A stretch of DNA of 35,685 nt from Catajapyx aquilonaris (lineage: Eukaryota): the NCBI GenBank assembly GCA_000934665.2, contig JYFJ02004025.1, positions 1 to 35,685 on the forward strand. Reading direction: 5' to 3'. Made by a program: the position numbers and the translations under genes. Positions 1-10,625 of this stretch are shown piece after piece (position 1 is the first letter of the stretch; every line of letters starts with the position of its first letter). Under the pieces are notes generated by a model. That model ran no database searches. It was not told the origin of the DNA and saw only the letters and a list, made by a program, of their open reading frames with translations.

Positions 1-476
1 AAAAATTTAAATTGGCCTAATGAGCTGGGAAATTTTCACAATGATAATTTTTCAGGCGGATATTTTTGGGGTCGTCTCTGGCTCCATCTTGGGTGGGATT
101 TCCATGCGACTAACCGCCTGGGGGGTTCAAAAATTGGTCGGATAATTTTTAAAAATTCTAAATAGGCCTAATGAGCTGGGAAATTTTCACAATGATAATT
201 TTTTCAGGCAGATTTTTCCGGTCGTCTCTGGCTCCATCTTGGGTGTGATTTCCATGCGACTAACCGCCTGGGAGAGTTCAAAAATTGGTCTGATAATTTT
301 TTAAAATTTTAAATAAGCCTAATGATCTGGGAAATTTTCACAATGATAATTTTTCAGGCGGATTTTTTGGATCGTTTCTGGCTCCATCTTGGGTGCGATT
401 TCTTTGCGAGTAACCGCCTGGGGGAGTTCACAAATTGCCCGGATTTTTTTTTAAATATTTAAATAGGCCTAATGAG
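1..476. repeat. ~151-bp tandem repeat (satellite-like), ~3.2 copies, probably continuing beyond the left edge
   Basis: The anchor (G/A)GCCTAATGA recurs at 14, 165, 316 and 466. The intervening units are highly similar (GGGAAATTTTCACAATGATAATTTT ... CTGGCTCCATCTTGGGTG ... TAACCGCCTGGG). Confidence 0.95.
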
Positions 477-718
477 TATGAAGTAGGTCAGGCTAAGTGC
501 ATTGAAAGGTCTTAGAGTAATATATTCCGATGGTACTGTACACTCTGCATGTACTCTATACGCTTGTTCGGCGAGCACTCTACAGTATGACTCTCGCCTG
601 CAAAGAAATTTGCACAAAAATTCGCACACCGCTATGTTGTTTTGCGAGGCTTTTGAAGTCTTGCAACGACCAGCGTATTGTTGGTAGCGTTTGAAACCTG
701 CCGCTTTTGCTTCTGCTC

Positions 719-754
719 CTTGTTTGTTTGTTTGTTTGTTTGTTTGTTGTTGTT
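719..754. repeat. (TTTG)n/(TTG)n microsatellite
   Basis: Directly visible run ttgtttgtttgtttgtttgtttgtttgttgttgttg. Confidence 0.9.
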
Positions 755-1627
755 GCAAGTCTCTCCTTATGATTTGATATTCCGTGTTTCTCCGTCGCTT
801 TGTGCCTCCCATTGTGTGACAGAATGAGGAAATGATTTCATTGCGCAAGTGCTGGTGCGTGCATCAATTCCGACGGATAATGACGGGCCTAATTAGTTAG
901 TGGTAGGAAGGGAGGGGAGGGGCGGGGGGGGGGGNGGGGGGGACCACATGCTCACCATTGTTGCCGAAACGCATCTCTTTGCGGCCTGATCTTTCTGAGG
1001 TTGTAAGATGAGCTGGTTTGACCAGTGAAGCAAATGGGCCAAACCGGATCAGTCTCATTGAAATAATTAAATCTGCAATTTTAGTAGTTACTTTGTGCTA
1101 ACTCAGTTTAAACGAATAAAAATGCAAATTGCTCAACCCAGAAACCCAAATTTTGAATCGATGCTTATTTATCTAATTAAACTGTAATAACTTAAATAAA
1201 CAATATAAATTAATTTAATAAATAGTTTTAAAATAATTTTCGTCCCAACCTTCAACAGAAATCCAGGTCAGTGTCACGCATTGTTGCGTAACCCTCCGAT
1301 GGGTACTTCACAATGCTCAAAAATCGATCACCATACCCAATTAGTACACATACATTTTTTGTGCAAAAAAAAATAATAATTCCTCCCCAAAAAAGTTTTC
1401 CGCCAAAAAAAAAAGGCCCGGGTCAAACCTTCCCCCTATTTGAGCATTAATGACACGTTAGTCGCATGCGGCAAGAATGGGGCGCACGGGTCGAATCGCG
1501 CCCCCCCAAATTTTTTTAGCCTTCTTTTTATTTCGCGAGAGAGAAGGGGGGCGGTGGGTTTGGCGAATAGTGGGAGGGTTTGGGGAGGGATGTAGTCAAA
1601 CTGCGTGCGCACGTACTCTTCGGCAGC

Positions 1628-1718
1628 ATGTTTAGGTCGAGAGCTAGGAACATGCATTGGCGAGGCGACCAAGCTGACGACGACGACTCCAGCAACCCCT
1701 TACTTGCTGCAGAAGAAG
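1628..1718 (+). CDS. Possible first coding exon of an unidentified gene (MFRSRARNMHWRGDQADDDDSSNPLLAAEE), phase-1 GC donor
   Basis: ATG at 1628 has A at -3 and opens a GC-rich 30-codon frame ending at AAG|GCAAGT, a near-consensus GC-type 5' splice site. No downstream exon was identified. Confidence 0.3.
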
Positions 1719-3275
1719 GCAAGTGACCTGTGACCTATCTCGCAACAACAACAACAAACAAACAATAATCGCGGACACACAATTGTTGACCTCACATACT
1801 ATACAATGTGTAAGTGACATGATGGTCAAGTGACTGTTTTTTGGTGACAAAAGTTTTTTTTCGATAAAGAGTTGCTGTGAAGAAGACAACTGCGTACAAC
1901 AAGGGGGTGACTCAAGGTATTGTGGCAAATTTTTTGTTTTGGCAAAACCACTTGTTGGGACACTTTTGCGCTAAAAATTGCCTCCCCCATTTTATAGCCG
2001 TTTATCGACATGTTATGGGCAGGTACAACAATTGCGATTGTTGTCGATTGAGATCGTCAACAATGACTACAAATTTATCCAGTTAATCTGATCAACAGAG
2101 GGTTCACTCTAAGAAATTCATTGCCTCTAACTGTTGGCAATTTAGCCAACAATTGATTGTTGGCAATAATTGGACAATTACATCGTGAACTTGGGACGAT
2201 AATTGTTAAGTTTCATTGTTGAATAGCCCCGGTTCGAGAATCCGGTACTGTGTAAGTCTCATCCGGATAACAAAAGTCCGGGTTGGGCAGTTGCCATCTG
2301 CAACAATACCGTTTCCAAGTAAAACGGTAGTCCGAGAGGACAGTTATATCCGGGGGTGCAGGTTCAAAGAACCTGAGGTTTCTGTTGCATTGTTGTCTCC
2401 ATTTTTTTACCCCCTGGAAAATTAACAAGAATGGCTGGCAACAATTGAAATCTCATTGTTGCTCACTTATTCCATATTGGTTAATAAAGTTAATGGATTT
2501 TTTTTGATAAAACGGGCACAAAATTTTGCATTGTTGGTCAAAATTTCGTTCCAATTGTTACCCTAAATTTTCGGCGGCATTCAGGTGCCTTGACCAGGTA
2601 TACGCAGCTGTTATGCAAATATGGTTAACTGTATTTTCTGCCAAAAATTTTGTTAAAATTCTCAGCGACACGCTTTTAATGCGGATTAGCCAGTATGTAC
2701 AACAATACTCCTTTTTTTAAAGCCATGAACGAGGCGAAAAGCTTCCGTCACAGTCGCTTTTTTCCCCTCGCACAAAAACATGACGAGGATTTTAATAATG
2801 CGCATTGTTGTCAATAAGCAGCTTTTTGACTAAGACTTTTGCTTTTTTAATCCTTGCGATTTTTTTTGAAACAATTCGCTCGACCTTCCGGGCTGAAATT
2901 ACTTAACTTACATGCGAATTAAAAGTGATTTTTTTTTATTATTTTCATTGTTTTCGGTTGTCGCTTTTAAATCTCGTTCGTAAATAATACAAGCGTCTAT
3001 GTGAACGCTTTTATCCCATATCTTAGCTCCGATTTTAATAAATTAAAACCTAGTGCTAAACCCCCCCTCTTTTTGCATTACAACCAAAACTGGGCTCGCT
3101 CTTCAATAATGAATCTCGCGAACATTCGCTTCCTCGCTTCATCTAACGAGAGTCCCTACAATAATCATGACTTTATTCGCACATCACAACTTTGCGGGCT
3201 AAATTTCCACTCAAATGTATAGTTTAAAAAAAATAAACATTTTCCACTTAAAAATAACTTCGAAAATATCACACA

Positions 3276-3563
3276 CTAGCAGTGGACCCGTTCTTCGCAC
3301 AGAGGTTTGTCAAACCTAGAAGCGCCAACGCCATCTGTGGTGGAAATAGCCGCAGATGAAACATGAAACGGCTTAATTTTTTTAAATTCAAAATGTTGGG
3401 TATTTAAACTTAAAATAATTCAGTTTTCGGACTTTTCCTTAATCAGAGGCAATTAAGACATCAGTGCGCCAAATCTCAGGACTATCAGAGGTGTGGAAGT
3501 GGGTTAGGTTGCCCGGACAAACATACACAGTTATGCACAAACTTTCATTATTATTTAAACAGG
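3276..3563 (-). mobile_element. Short non-autonomous Helitron-like element (degenerate)
   Basis: The minus-strand 3' end reads ...CTGTGCGAAGAACGGGTCCACTGCTAG|T (degenerate subterminal hairpin, CTAG, then T). The other end has an ACAAACATACAC..ACTTTCATTATTAT tract typical of insect mini-Helitrons. That boundary is approximate. Confidence 0.65.
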
Positions 3564-4039
3564 ACGTTTCAGATAGCTATTTTTGACACTAAGCAGGTTA
3601 TCAAAAGTATTAGCTACTAATATTAGTCGGACTTGATTTATCTGTTAATTTTTGAGCTTTTCATGACCCCCCCAACTGAGGTCACAAAAGCTTATCAACA
3701 TACCTTTCTTTCCCTGAGGCCCATTAGAGAGAGAAGACATACCATTGATTGTGCTGAGGGGGAAATGTATGGGTGGGACAGGGGAGCTGGGTGGGGGGGG
3801 GGGGCACGTCCAATTTCTGCTGCTTTGCATTCCGGCTTCAACCCGAGGGATCAGCCCCATAAGATTGAAGCTGTCTACAGCGGCTCTACTATTACTAGTC
3901 CCGGAGTTTCCGGATGGGTGGGAATAGAAATAGAAAAAAAAAATCAGGAAGACAGACTGAGCTAAATTGTTGCAGAAAATTTTTTCGAGAGGGAAAGTAA
4001 ATTAATTGGAAATATCTCCCTACTGGTCATACTGTACCG

Positions 4040-4063
4040 AACAACTTTATGAATCACCCTGTA
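4040..4063 (-). mobile_element. Solo Tc1/mariner-type terminus
   Basis: The reverse complement reads TA|CAGGGTGATTCATAAAG, the same TA-CAGGGTG end as the complete MITE at 24497. No partner end was found. Confidence 0.45.
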
Positions 4064-4959
4064 CAGTGCTAGAGGGTTCTAGGCTCCGGAGAATTAATTT
4101 TTGAATACGCTAATTAAATATTAAATGCCTGAAATATAAATGGACCAAACGTCGGATATAGCCCCACATTTTGGGCTTGGAAATTATTTCTTGATATTAC
4201 GCCTTACAGTGCTCTTTACCCCCATAGCTAAATAATTAATATCGCAAGAAATCTGCACTGCGTTACTTACATCACCAACAGTGTACAAAATTTCTGCTGC
4301 TAAAAATTCTGCAGGTTCATGTTGACTCCATTTGCCTTACTTCTCTCTCCTGGGTTTCTGTTCCGGACAGAGTGACACCTCAAAAGAGAAGGCATTATTG
4401 TGCGAAACAAAATTGGCATAAACATTGAAGATGCGCACAAAAGATGGTGGCAGTGGGGGAGGTAGGGAGGGGAGTGGTTCTTCATTCATTAAATTTAATT
4501 AAAGTGATAGCAGACCTGCACAATGGGCCTTCAGTCTGGAAGCAAGAGCATGGAAACCCACTGATTTGGTCACTCTTTTTTCGAAAATCAGGGAGGTGGG
4601 CCGACCCCTCTTCGACCTGCCAAAAAATATGGAGGTTGCTAAGTAACTGGCAATAATTAGGCGATTTTTTTTGAACTCGAATTGGACCAGTATGCGTTAC
4701 TTGGAGTTTTTAGTGATTTCCGGCCATTTACTTGCGACGAAATCCATCCGAAAAATCTCCTCTTAATCGGAAATCGTTCTTATGCAGAAATCACTCTTAA
4801 GCATAATTACGCTTTATCAAAAGTCCCGATTATAACTTTTAAGCAGTCACTATGAATTTAAAAATCACTCTTAAGTAGAAATCACTCCTATAAGCTAAAA
4901 TCACTCTATCAAAAATAATTCTTAAACAAATGTCATTCTTCAACAAAAGTCATTTTTCA

Positions 4960-5156
4960 TCAAAAGTCATTCTGTATCAAAAGTCATTCTGTATCAAAAG
5001 TCATTCTGTATCAAAAGTCATTCTGTATCAAAATCATTCTGTATCAACAGTCATTCTGTATCAAAAGTCATTCTGTATCAAAAGTCATTCTGTATCAAAA
5101 GTCATTCTGTATCAAAAGTCATTCTGTATCAAAAGTCATTCTGTATCAAAAGTCAT
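4960..5156. repeat. 17-bp minisatellite (TCAAAAGTCATTCTGTA) x ~11.5, inside a degenerate field spanning ~4790-5480
   Basis: Near-perfect tandem copies are directly visible. The flanks carry decayed AA(A/G)TCACTC units. Confidence 0.97.
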
Positions 5157-5250
5157 CCGTTAACAAAACCATTCCTTATCAAAAGTAATTTTGTATCAAA
5201 AGTCACTCTTAAGCTAAAATAGCTCTTCAGTAGAAGTTGCTTTTAAGAAG

Positions 5251-5382
5251 TCACTCGTAAGCTCACATAATGTAGATGTCACTCGTGAACAGAATAACTC
5301 GTTAGCGGAAATCACTCGTAAGCTCACATAATGTAGATGTCACTCGTGAACAGAATAACTCGTAAGCGGAAATCACTCGTAA
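5251..5382. repeat. 61-bp tandem duplication (~2.2 copies)
   Basis: TCACTCGTAA recurs at 5251, 5312 and 5373 with almost identical intervening sequence. Confidence 0.92.
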
Positions 5383-6529
5383 TCAGCGATGGATCTTCAA
5401 AATAATCACTTTTAAAGGATAATCACTTTTAGCAGAAATAGCTTTTCAAGCAGAAGTCGCTTTTAGTCATCAATCACTAATTGAGCTTAATATCACTAAT
5501 TTTTTGAGACTGTAAATTATTTTTAGAGCGATTTTCGAAGCGACTCCTAACCGGTTAATGTACCTCGCAAATCATTGTTTACTGCCAATAAAAACGGGGC
5601 CGTCCCGTAATTAAATACAGTGTTTAACATATTCGACGAATTCAGCCTCCCCCCCCCCTTTTTTTTAAAAAAAAAGCTATGTAGTTATGTAGACCGGACT
5701 TTGGCTTGAACCCTGAAAATTGTTATTCACTGCCCGTGCAGTGTGTTGCCCTCGCCCATTTTCTTTTTCTACCCAAATGAGATTCCTCCTCCCCCCAACT
5801 ACCCCGCCTTCCTTCTCCTCCTTCCCCCTCCGTTCAATTATAAACTTTAGGGCTAGGTAACGAGAGCACCTTTGACAGGTGGAATGATTCTTCATAAATG
5901 GGATGCCCGCCGCTGAATGCGATATGTAGCTAGGGGAAGACCCCTCGGAGTTTATTTTACCCGGGGACAGAGGGAGCCACTAATGAGATACCGGAGAAAT
6001 ATCAAGATGCCAACTGTATATATACTCAGAATATTTTTCTTATTCGGGGAAGATGGCTTTTAATAATTAGGATAAAACGGTTTTGCCTTCTAGAAGTCAC
6101 TTAGTTTAGGACAATGAGGGCTGTCACTCAGCGGGGACTTTCCGGAAGTCGTTTTCTCCGGGAAAAGGGGAAAGGGGGGAAGCGCACAAAAGTTGGTCGG
6201 GTGAAAAGGCTTAGGGGGTCGCGATACGCTTCAAACTACCTCCAGTTGTCATCGCAGAAGTGTGAGAGTTTATGAATATTGGCGGAGTTAAAATGTGCTG
6301 CAGCCAATAAGAGAAAGGTTCTGCTCTAATTTGCGAGGTGTCTCGGATCGCAAAATCTGTTAACAATAAGCCGGGGTCATGGGACCGACAAAGGCACAGA
6401 CCAGTAGCAATACTCTATGAAGTGATCGTTGCATTGTTGAATGCCATTGTTGCTATCAGTACCCAACCATTGTTACCGCAGCTCTTGGAATAGGAGTGAA
6501 GCAGCAATTGACATAATGAGGTTATCAAT

Positions 6530-7050
6530 AAGAAGTTACTTTGGAACTGTTACTTTAGCGCAGTTACTTTGGAACATTCACTTTTAAACATTCACTTTTA
6601 ATGGTTACTTTTGAACAGATACTTTCAAACGATCACTTTTAACTGTTAGTGTTGAACAGCCACTTTTGAACGGTTAGTGTTGAGCAGCCACTTTTAAATG
6701 GCTACTTTGAAACATTGACTTTTGAATGGTTATTTTTTAACTGTTAGCTTTGAACAGTCACATTTAACTGGTTAGGTTTGAACCGTCACTAGTTGAAACG
6801 GTGGCTTTTGACCCATCACTTTTAAACAGTTTTTTTAGATGATTTCTTTGGAACGGTTACTTTGAAACGGTTAATAATTTTGAACAATCACTTTAAAACA
6901 GTCACTTTAAAACAGTCACTTTTAAACAGTCACTTTTAAACAGTCACTTTTAAACAGTCACTTTGAAATGGTTACTTTGAAGCAGTTACTTTTGAACGGA
7001 TAGGTTTGAACAGTTACTTTTAAACGGTTACATTGGAGCAGTCATTTTAG
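6530..7050. repeat. Degenerate 15-16-bp minisatellite (AAACAGTCACTTT(T)A-like)
   Basis: The cleanest copies lie at ~6886-6965. Decayed GAACRGTTACTTT units extend on both sides. Confidence 0.9.
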
Positions 7051-7704
7051 TAGCTATCAAATTTCAGTTATATTATTTTGTGTTGGGAAATTTGAGAGAG
7101 AAATATTGTTCGTCGAATATTTTCGACCCCAACCTTTCTAGTGTGTTTTTTGAGCTTCCGTTGCGACCCAAATTACCGTAATTAACGTAAACCAAACCTT
7201 TTAAGTAGGAATAATATTGTGTCGAAGGTTGTGACGGCAGCAGGGGAGGGCTGATGATGTGCAGACCTGCCGAACAAAAGCACAGCAGCTGATTGACACT
7301 GACAAGCTGTTTTTTTTTGCATGCCATTCAAGCACCCTTCTCTTCATAACTGACAAAAACAAGGCCTTATTACGTTACAATACACGTAAAAATAGTGGTT
7401 CGCGGAAAATGAAACAGTGCTTTGCATTTAACTCAATCCATTCATCGCACGTCATGCAGATAAAAATGCAATTGACTGCTGTCGAAACTGTTATTAATAT
7501 TAGCTCTCACTTGTCACTAAGCTGACGCATATTAAGCAGTCAATCGCAGCAAATAGTTACTCGAGAGAGCAGTTTTATAATTATGTATAATAGTTGCGCT
7601 GAAAAACAGCTATTTTCATGTGACTTCAAGTGATAGCTACTATCCGAATTGTCAAAACCAATAATATTAGCTGTTACTTGGGACTAAACCTGATTTCAAA
7701 ATAA

Positions 7705-7724
7705 GCTTAGTGAAACACCCTGTA
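7705..7724 (-). mobile_element. Solo Tc1/mariner-type terminus
   Basis: The reverse complement reads TA|CAGGGTGTTTCAC, matching the TA|CAGGGTGTTTCAA end at 22371. Confidence 0.45.
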
Positions 7725-8291
7725 GGTAATAGATGGTCGCAGCTTTGTTATCCTTTCATGATATCTTTTTATGGCGGATCTAGCCCGCTTTTAAAAACGC
7801 ATCGTGGTTTTTTTTCCGCGTGCTAAAAACCGCTAGCACATGTGGAAGGTGTCCTCATTTGTTACCAAAGCATTAAGCCCCAGCTATTTAGCTTCTCTGG
7901 TCCTAGGGGGGGACACCCATTTTGAAAAATCTCCCACAATTATTATTTTTTTTGGGGGGGGGGGGGGGNGGGGAAGTGAGTGAGACACGAGGTGGCAAGA
8001 CATGTGAGAATGACACGAGAGGGACATTTTTTTCTGACCCCGACTGTCCCTGCCTGCCTCCCACTCACTGCTTTATTCGAGGCCTATCTTGGCTTGTCAT
8101 ATCAGTGAGGCTTTTTATTACTTGATGGAATGGCAGCGGGATGCAGCGGCAAGGATTTAACCCACTTCATGCAATGCCACGTTTAACTGCGGAGGTTTTG
8201 TAAGCCCAGATTGCCACGTGGCTACACCCCAGGCAGGGTTGCCAGAAAAGTCTATCAAAAGTTGTCAAATTAATCAACTCTTATGCTAATA

Positions 8292-8580
8292 ACTGTTAAC
8301 AAGAACTGCTACTGTGAAGTCACTGTTAATAAGAACTGCTACTGTGAAGTCACTGTTAACAAGAACTGCTGCTGTTAAGTCACTGTTAACTAGAACTGCT
8401 GCTGTTAAGTCACTGTTAACAAGAACTGCTACTGTGAAGTCACTGTTAACAAGAACTGCTATTGTGAAGTCACTGTTAACAAGAACTGCTATTGTGAAGT
8501 CACTGTTAATAAGAACTGCTACTGTTAAATCACTGTTAGCAAGAACTGCTACTGTTAAGTCACTGTTAGTAAGAACTGTT
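8292..8580. repeat. 30-bp minisatellite (ACTGTTAACAAGAACTGCTACTGTGAAGTC) x ~9.6
   Basis: Exact 30-bp periodicity with few substitutions. It lies about 100 bp past the predicted poly(A) signal of the zinc-finger gene. Confidence 0.97.
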
Positions 8581-8680
8581 AATTAGTCACCTACTAACAC
8601 CTTTTGATAATGACTCACTAGTTCTAAATAACTAAAAAAGCTATTAATATAAACTATTAAGGAGTTGTACAGCACTTGTC

Positions 8681-8686
8681 TTTATT
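8681..8686 (-). terminator. Candidate polyadenylation signal (AATAAA) of the zinc-finger gene
   Basis: TTTATT on + reads AATAAA on -, about 170 nt downstream of the TGA stop. Confidence 0.55.
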
Positions 8687-8857
8687 GTCCACAAAGATAT
8701 CATGGTAAGAAAACAATATGGTCCCTGTTCAGGGAAAACTTTTAGAAATGATTAATACATAAACACAAAATTAATGAGCTGACAAGTTCCAACTCGAACT
8801 TGCAGAACACCACCTTTTGCAGACATTTCCATTACTGCGAATATCTGAGCTAAATAT

Positions 8858-9806
8858 TCAGCAAAGTCCAGCGTGTTTCCTGCTAATGTGCTTATTAACA
8901 TTTGAGATGCGTGTAAAAGCCTGGGTGCATATTTCACAGGTGAATGGTTTCTCACCAGTGTGGGTCCTCATGTGAACAGCTAGTGAATGCTTCAGTGCGA
9001 ACGACTTGCCACACTCTTCACATTTGTGGGGTTTTTCACCAGTGTGGGTCCTCATGTGATGAACTAGTACACGCTTCTGTGTGAACGATTTGTCACACTC
9101 TTCACATTTGAAAGGCCTCTCACCTGTATGGTTCTTCATGTGTACAAATAGTCCACCCCTTTGGTTGAACGATTTGTCGCATACTTTACATTTATATGCC
9201 CTCTCTCCTTTATGAATTCTCAAGTGATTACCTAGGAAATCCTTACATGTGAACGACTTGCCACACTCTTCACATTTGTATGGTTTCTCACCAGTATGGG
9301 TCCTCATGTGATCAACTAGCTTACTCTGCTGCGCGAACAACTTTCCACACTTTTCACATTGGTATGGCTTCTCCCCAGTGTGACTTCTATGGTGCCGACT
9401 CAATGTTGAGTGGTAACAGAAAGTTTTGTTACATTCCGGACACTCCAGTGGCTTCAGTCCATGGTGAATTTCTCTATGCTTCATCATGTCACTGCTACAC
9501 GGGAATTTTCTGTAACAATTCTTGCAACGAAATGGCCTAGGTCCACTAGTAGAAGGCTGCGCAGCCATTGAAGTCACTGTGCAAAGTGGATCTTCAACTC
9601 CTTCGGTGATGCTTGGTGCATCCACCAACATTTCCTCTTCTTCTTCAGTCTTCACCTCCACTTCCGCAATGTCCAACTCATCCTCTTCATAGCCATCTTG
9701 CTCTTCCACTGGTGAGAGCATCTCTTGCTTAATCGTCATAGTTGCCTCTTCCTCACCATCATCACTTTCTCTGGTTTCCTCTTTCACCTTGGGATGAATT
9801 TGCCAT
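8858..9806 (-). CDS. C2H2 (Kruppel-type) zinc-finger protein, last and major coding exon: acidic region plus 8 tandem fingers
   Basis: Eight C-x2-C-x12-H-x3/4-H units joined by TGEKP/TGERP-type linkers, with TGA at 8860-8858. The upstream boundary is the acceptor TATTTCCCAG| (AG at 9808-9807), phase 2. Confidence 0.95.
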
Positions 9807-9930
9807 CTGGGAAATACATATAAGCGCATAATGTCTCTAGAATTATACGTGATATTAATAGTGCAAAAATGGTTCAGCACATAGCTGAGAGAAGAGCAGT
9901 AATTCTTTTTTATTGTGCGACAAACCATAC

Positions 9931-9980
9931 CTGTTTTTGTCATTAGCAGTTGTAGTGTAGTTCCATCCCAATTCTTCCAT
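9931..9980 (-). CDS. Predicted first coding exon of the zinc-finger gene (MEELGWNYTTTANDKN-R)
   Basis: Donor CAG|GTATGG at 9931/9930 gives a 124-bp GT-AG intron (9930-9807) with matching phase 2. The ATG at 9980 is in context GTGATGG and is preceded by in-frame stops. The two exons total 50+949=999 nt, i.e. 332 aa plus stop. An upstream acceptor TTTTTTTTAG| lies at 10043-10042. Confidence 0.7.
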
Positions 9981-10264
9981 CACCCTGTACTCTGGAGTAT
10001 ACAGAGAAGCTTTTCTGCACCACAATCACTCTCAACTGCTTCTAAAAAAAACTCGCACAAACCGTTCCAAACAACCAAAATCTCCATACCAACAATCAAT
10101 GAAAAGATTGCCAACAGAAGGGGGCCGTTTTCATAGTGTTGAGCCATGTTGCCAACTGCTAATAACTATTACCAGTTGTTAAGAGCTGTTAATTTGTCAG
10201 CTATTTCAGTAACTGTTAATAACTTGAAAGTTTCTTAACATTCATAAACTTGTTACAAAACCAG

Positions 10265-10509
10265 CTATAAATGATTTTTTTTAAACGAGCGCAACCAAGT
10301 GCGCAGCACAGTTCGCGCAAATTGTTTCCAACTACACTAATCTTGAGGAGATAACAATATGGCCGACTTTTGCGATGTTGCCAAGGCTCTGGAGGCCACC
10401 AGTGTGATTTTGGCCCCCCCTGAGGAGTAACTATGGCAACATTGTTGTCGGTACAATGGACTTGCGCAAGTCTTGGTGCGCACTACTCGTTAAAAAAACC
10501 ACTCTATAG
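10265..10509. mobile_element. Degenerate MITE-like element with imperfect ~40-bp terminal inverted repeats, upstream of the zinc-finger gene
   Basis: Left end CTATAAATGATTTTTTTTAAACGAGCGCAACCAAGTGCGCA versus reverse complement of the right end CTATAGAGTGGTTTTTTTAACGAGTAGTGCGCACCAAGACTTGCGCA. A related segment TTGCGCAAGTGCTGGTGCG occurs at 841-859. Confidence 0.55.
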
Positions 10510-10625
10510 ATAGGAACTAACAAGGTTCGTTTGACGTCACGTAATCGCCGATTTAGAGCTGTTTTAAACGGCACTGTTTAAATAGTTAGACAACGTTTCT
10601 GAATCCGATATTTAGCCAATGATAG
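10350..10625. promoter_or_regulatory. Promoter-type motif cluster upstream of the zinc-finger gene
   Basis: YY1/Pho-like AATATGGCCG (10356), RFX X-box-like GTAACTATGGCAAC (10427-10440), perfect CRE TGACGTCA (10532-10539) and CCAAT (10616-10620). Confidence 0.5.

Noticed and set aside
4308..4470. Possible + strand exon after TTCTGCAG as partner for the 1628-1718 candidate exon
   Set aside because: A phase-1 join hits a stop within four codons (GGT TCA TGT TGA).
8234..8244. CAGGGTTGCCA-like hAT-MITE ends (also near 10760, 21550, 29001 and 32666)
   Set aside because: These are isolated 10-12-bp matches without paired ends or 8-bp TSDs, and they overlap the common RFX half-site.
8314..8586. Repetitive 90-aa ORF (VKSLLTRTAT)n, and similar ORFs at 4930-5163, 22442-22906 and 29463-29771
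   Set aside because: These are translations of stop-free minisatellites with no protein-like features.
9807..9943. N-terminal ~45 codons of the 361-aa ORF (MTKTGMVCRT...)
   Set aside because: Mostly an AT-rich segment bounded by good GT/AG splice sites. It is better explained as an intron.
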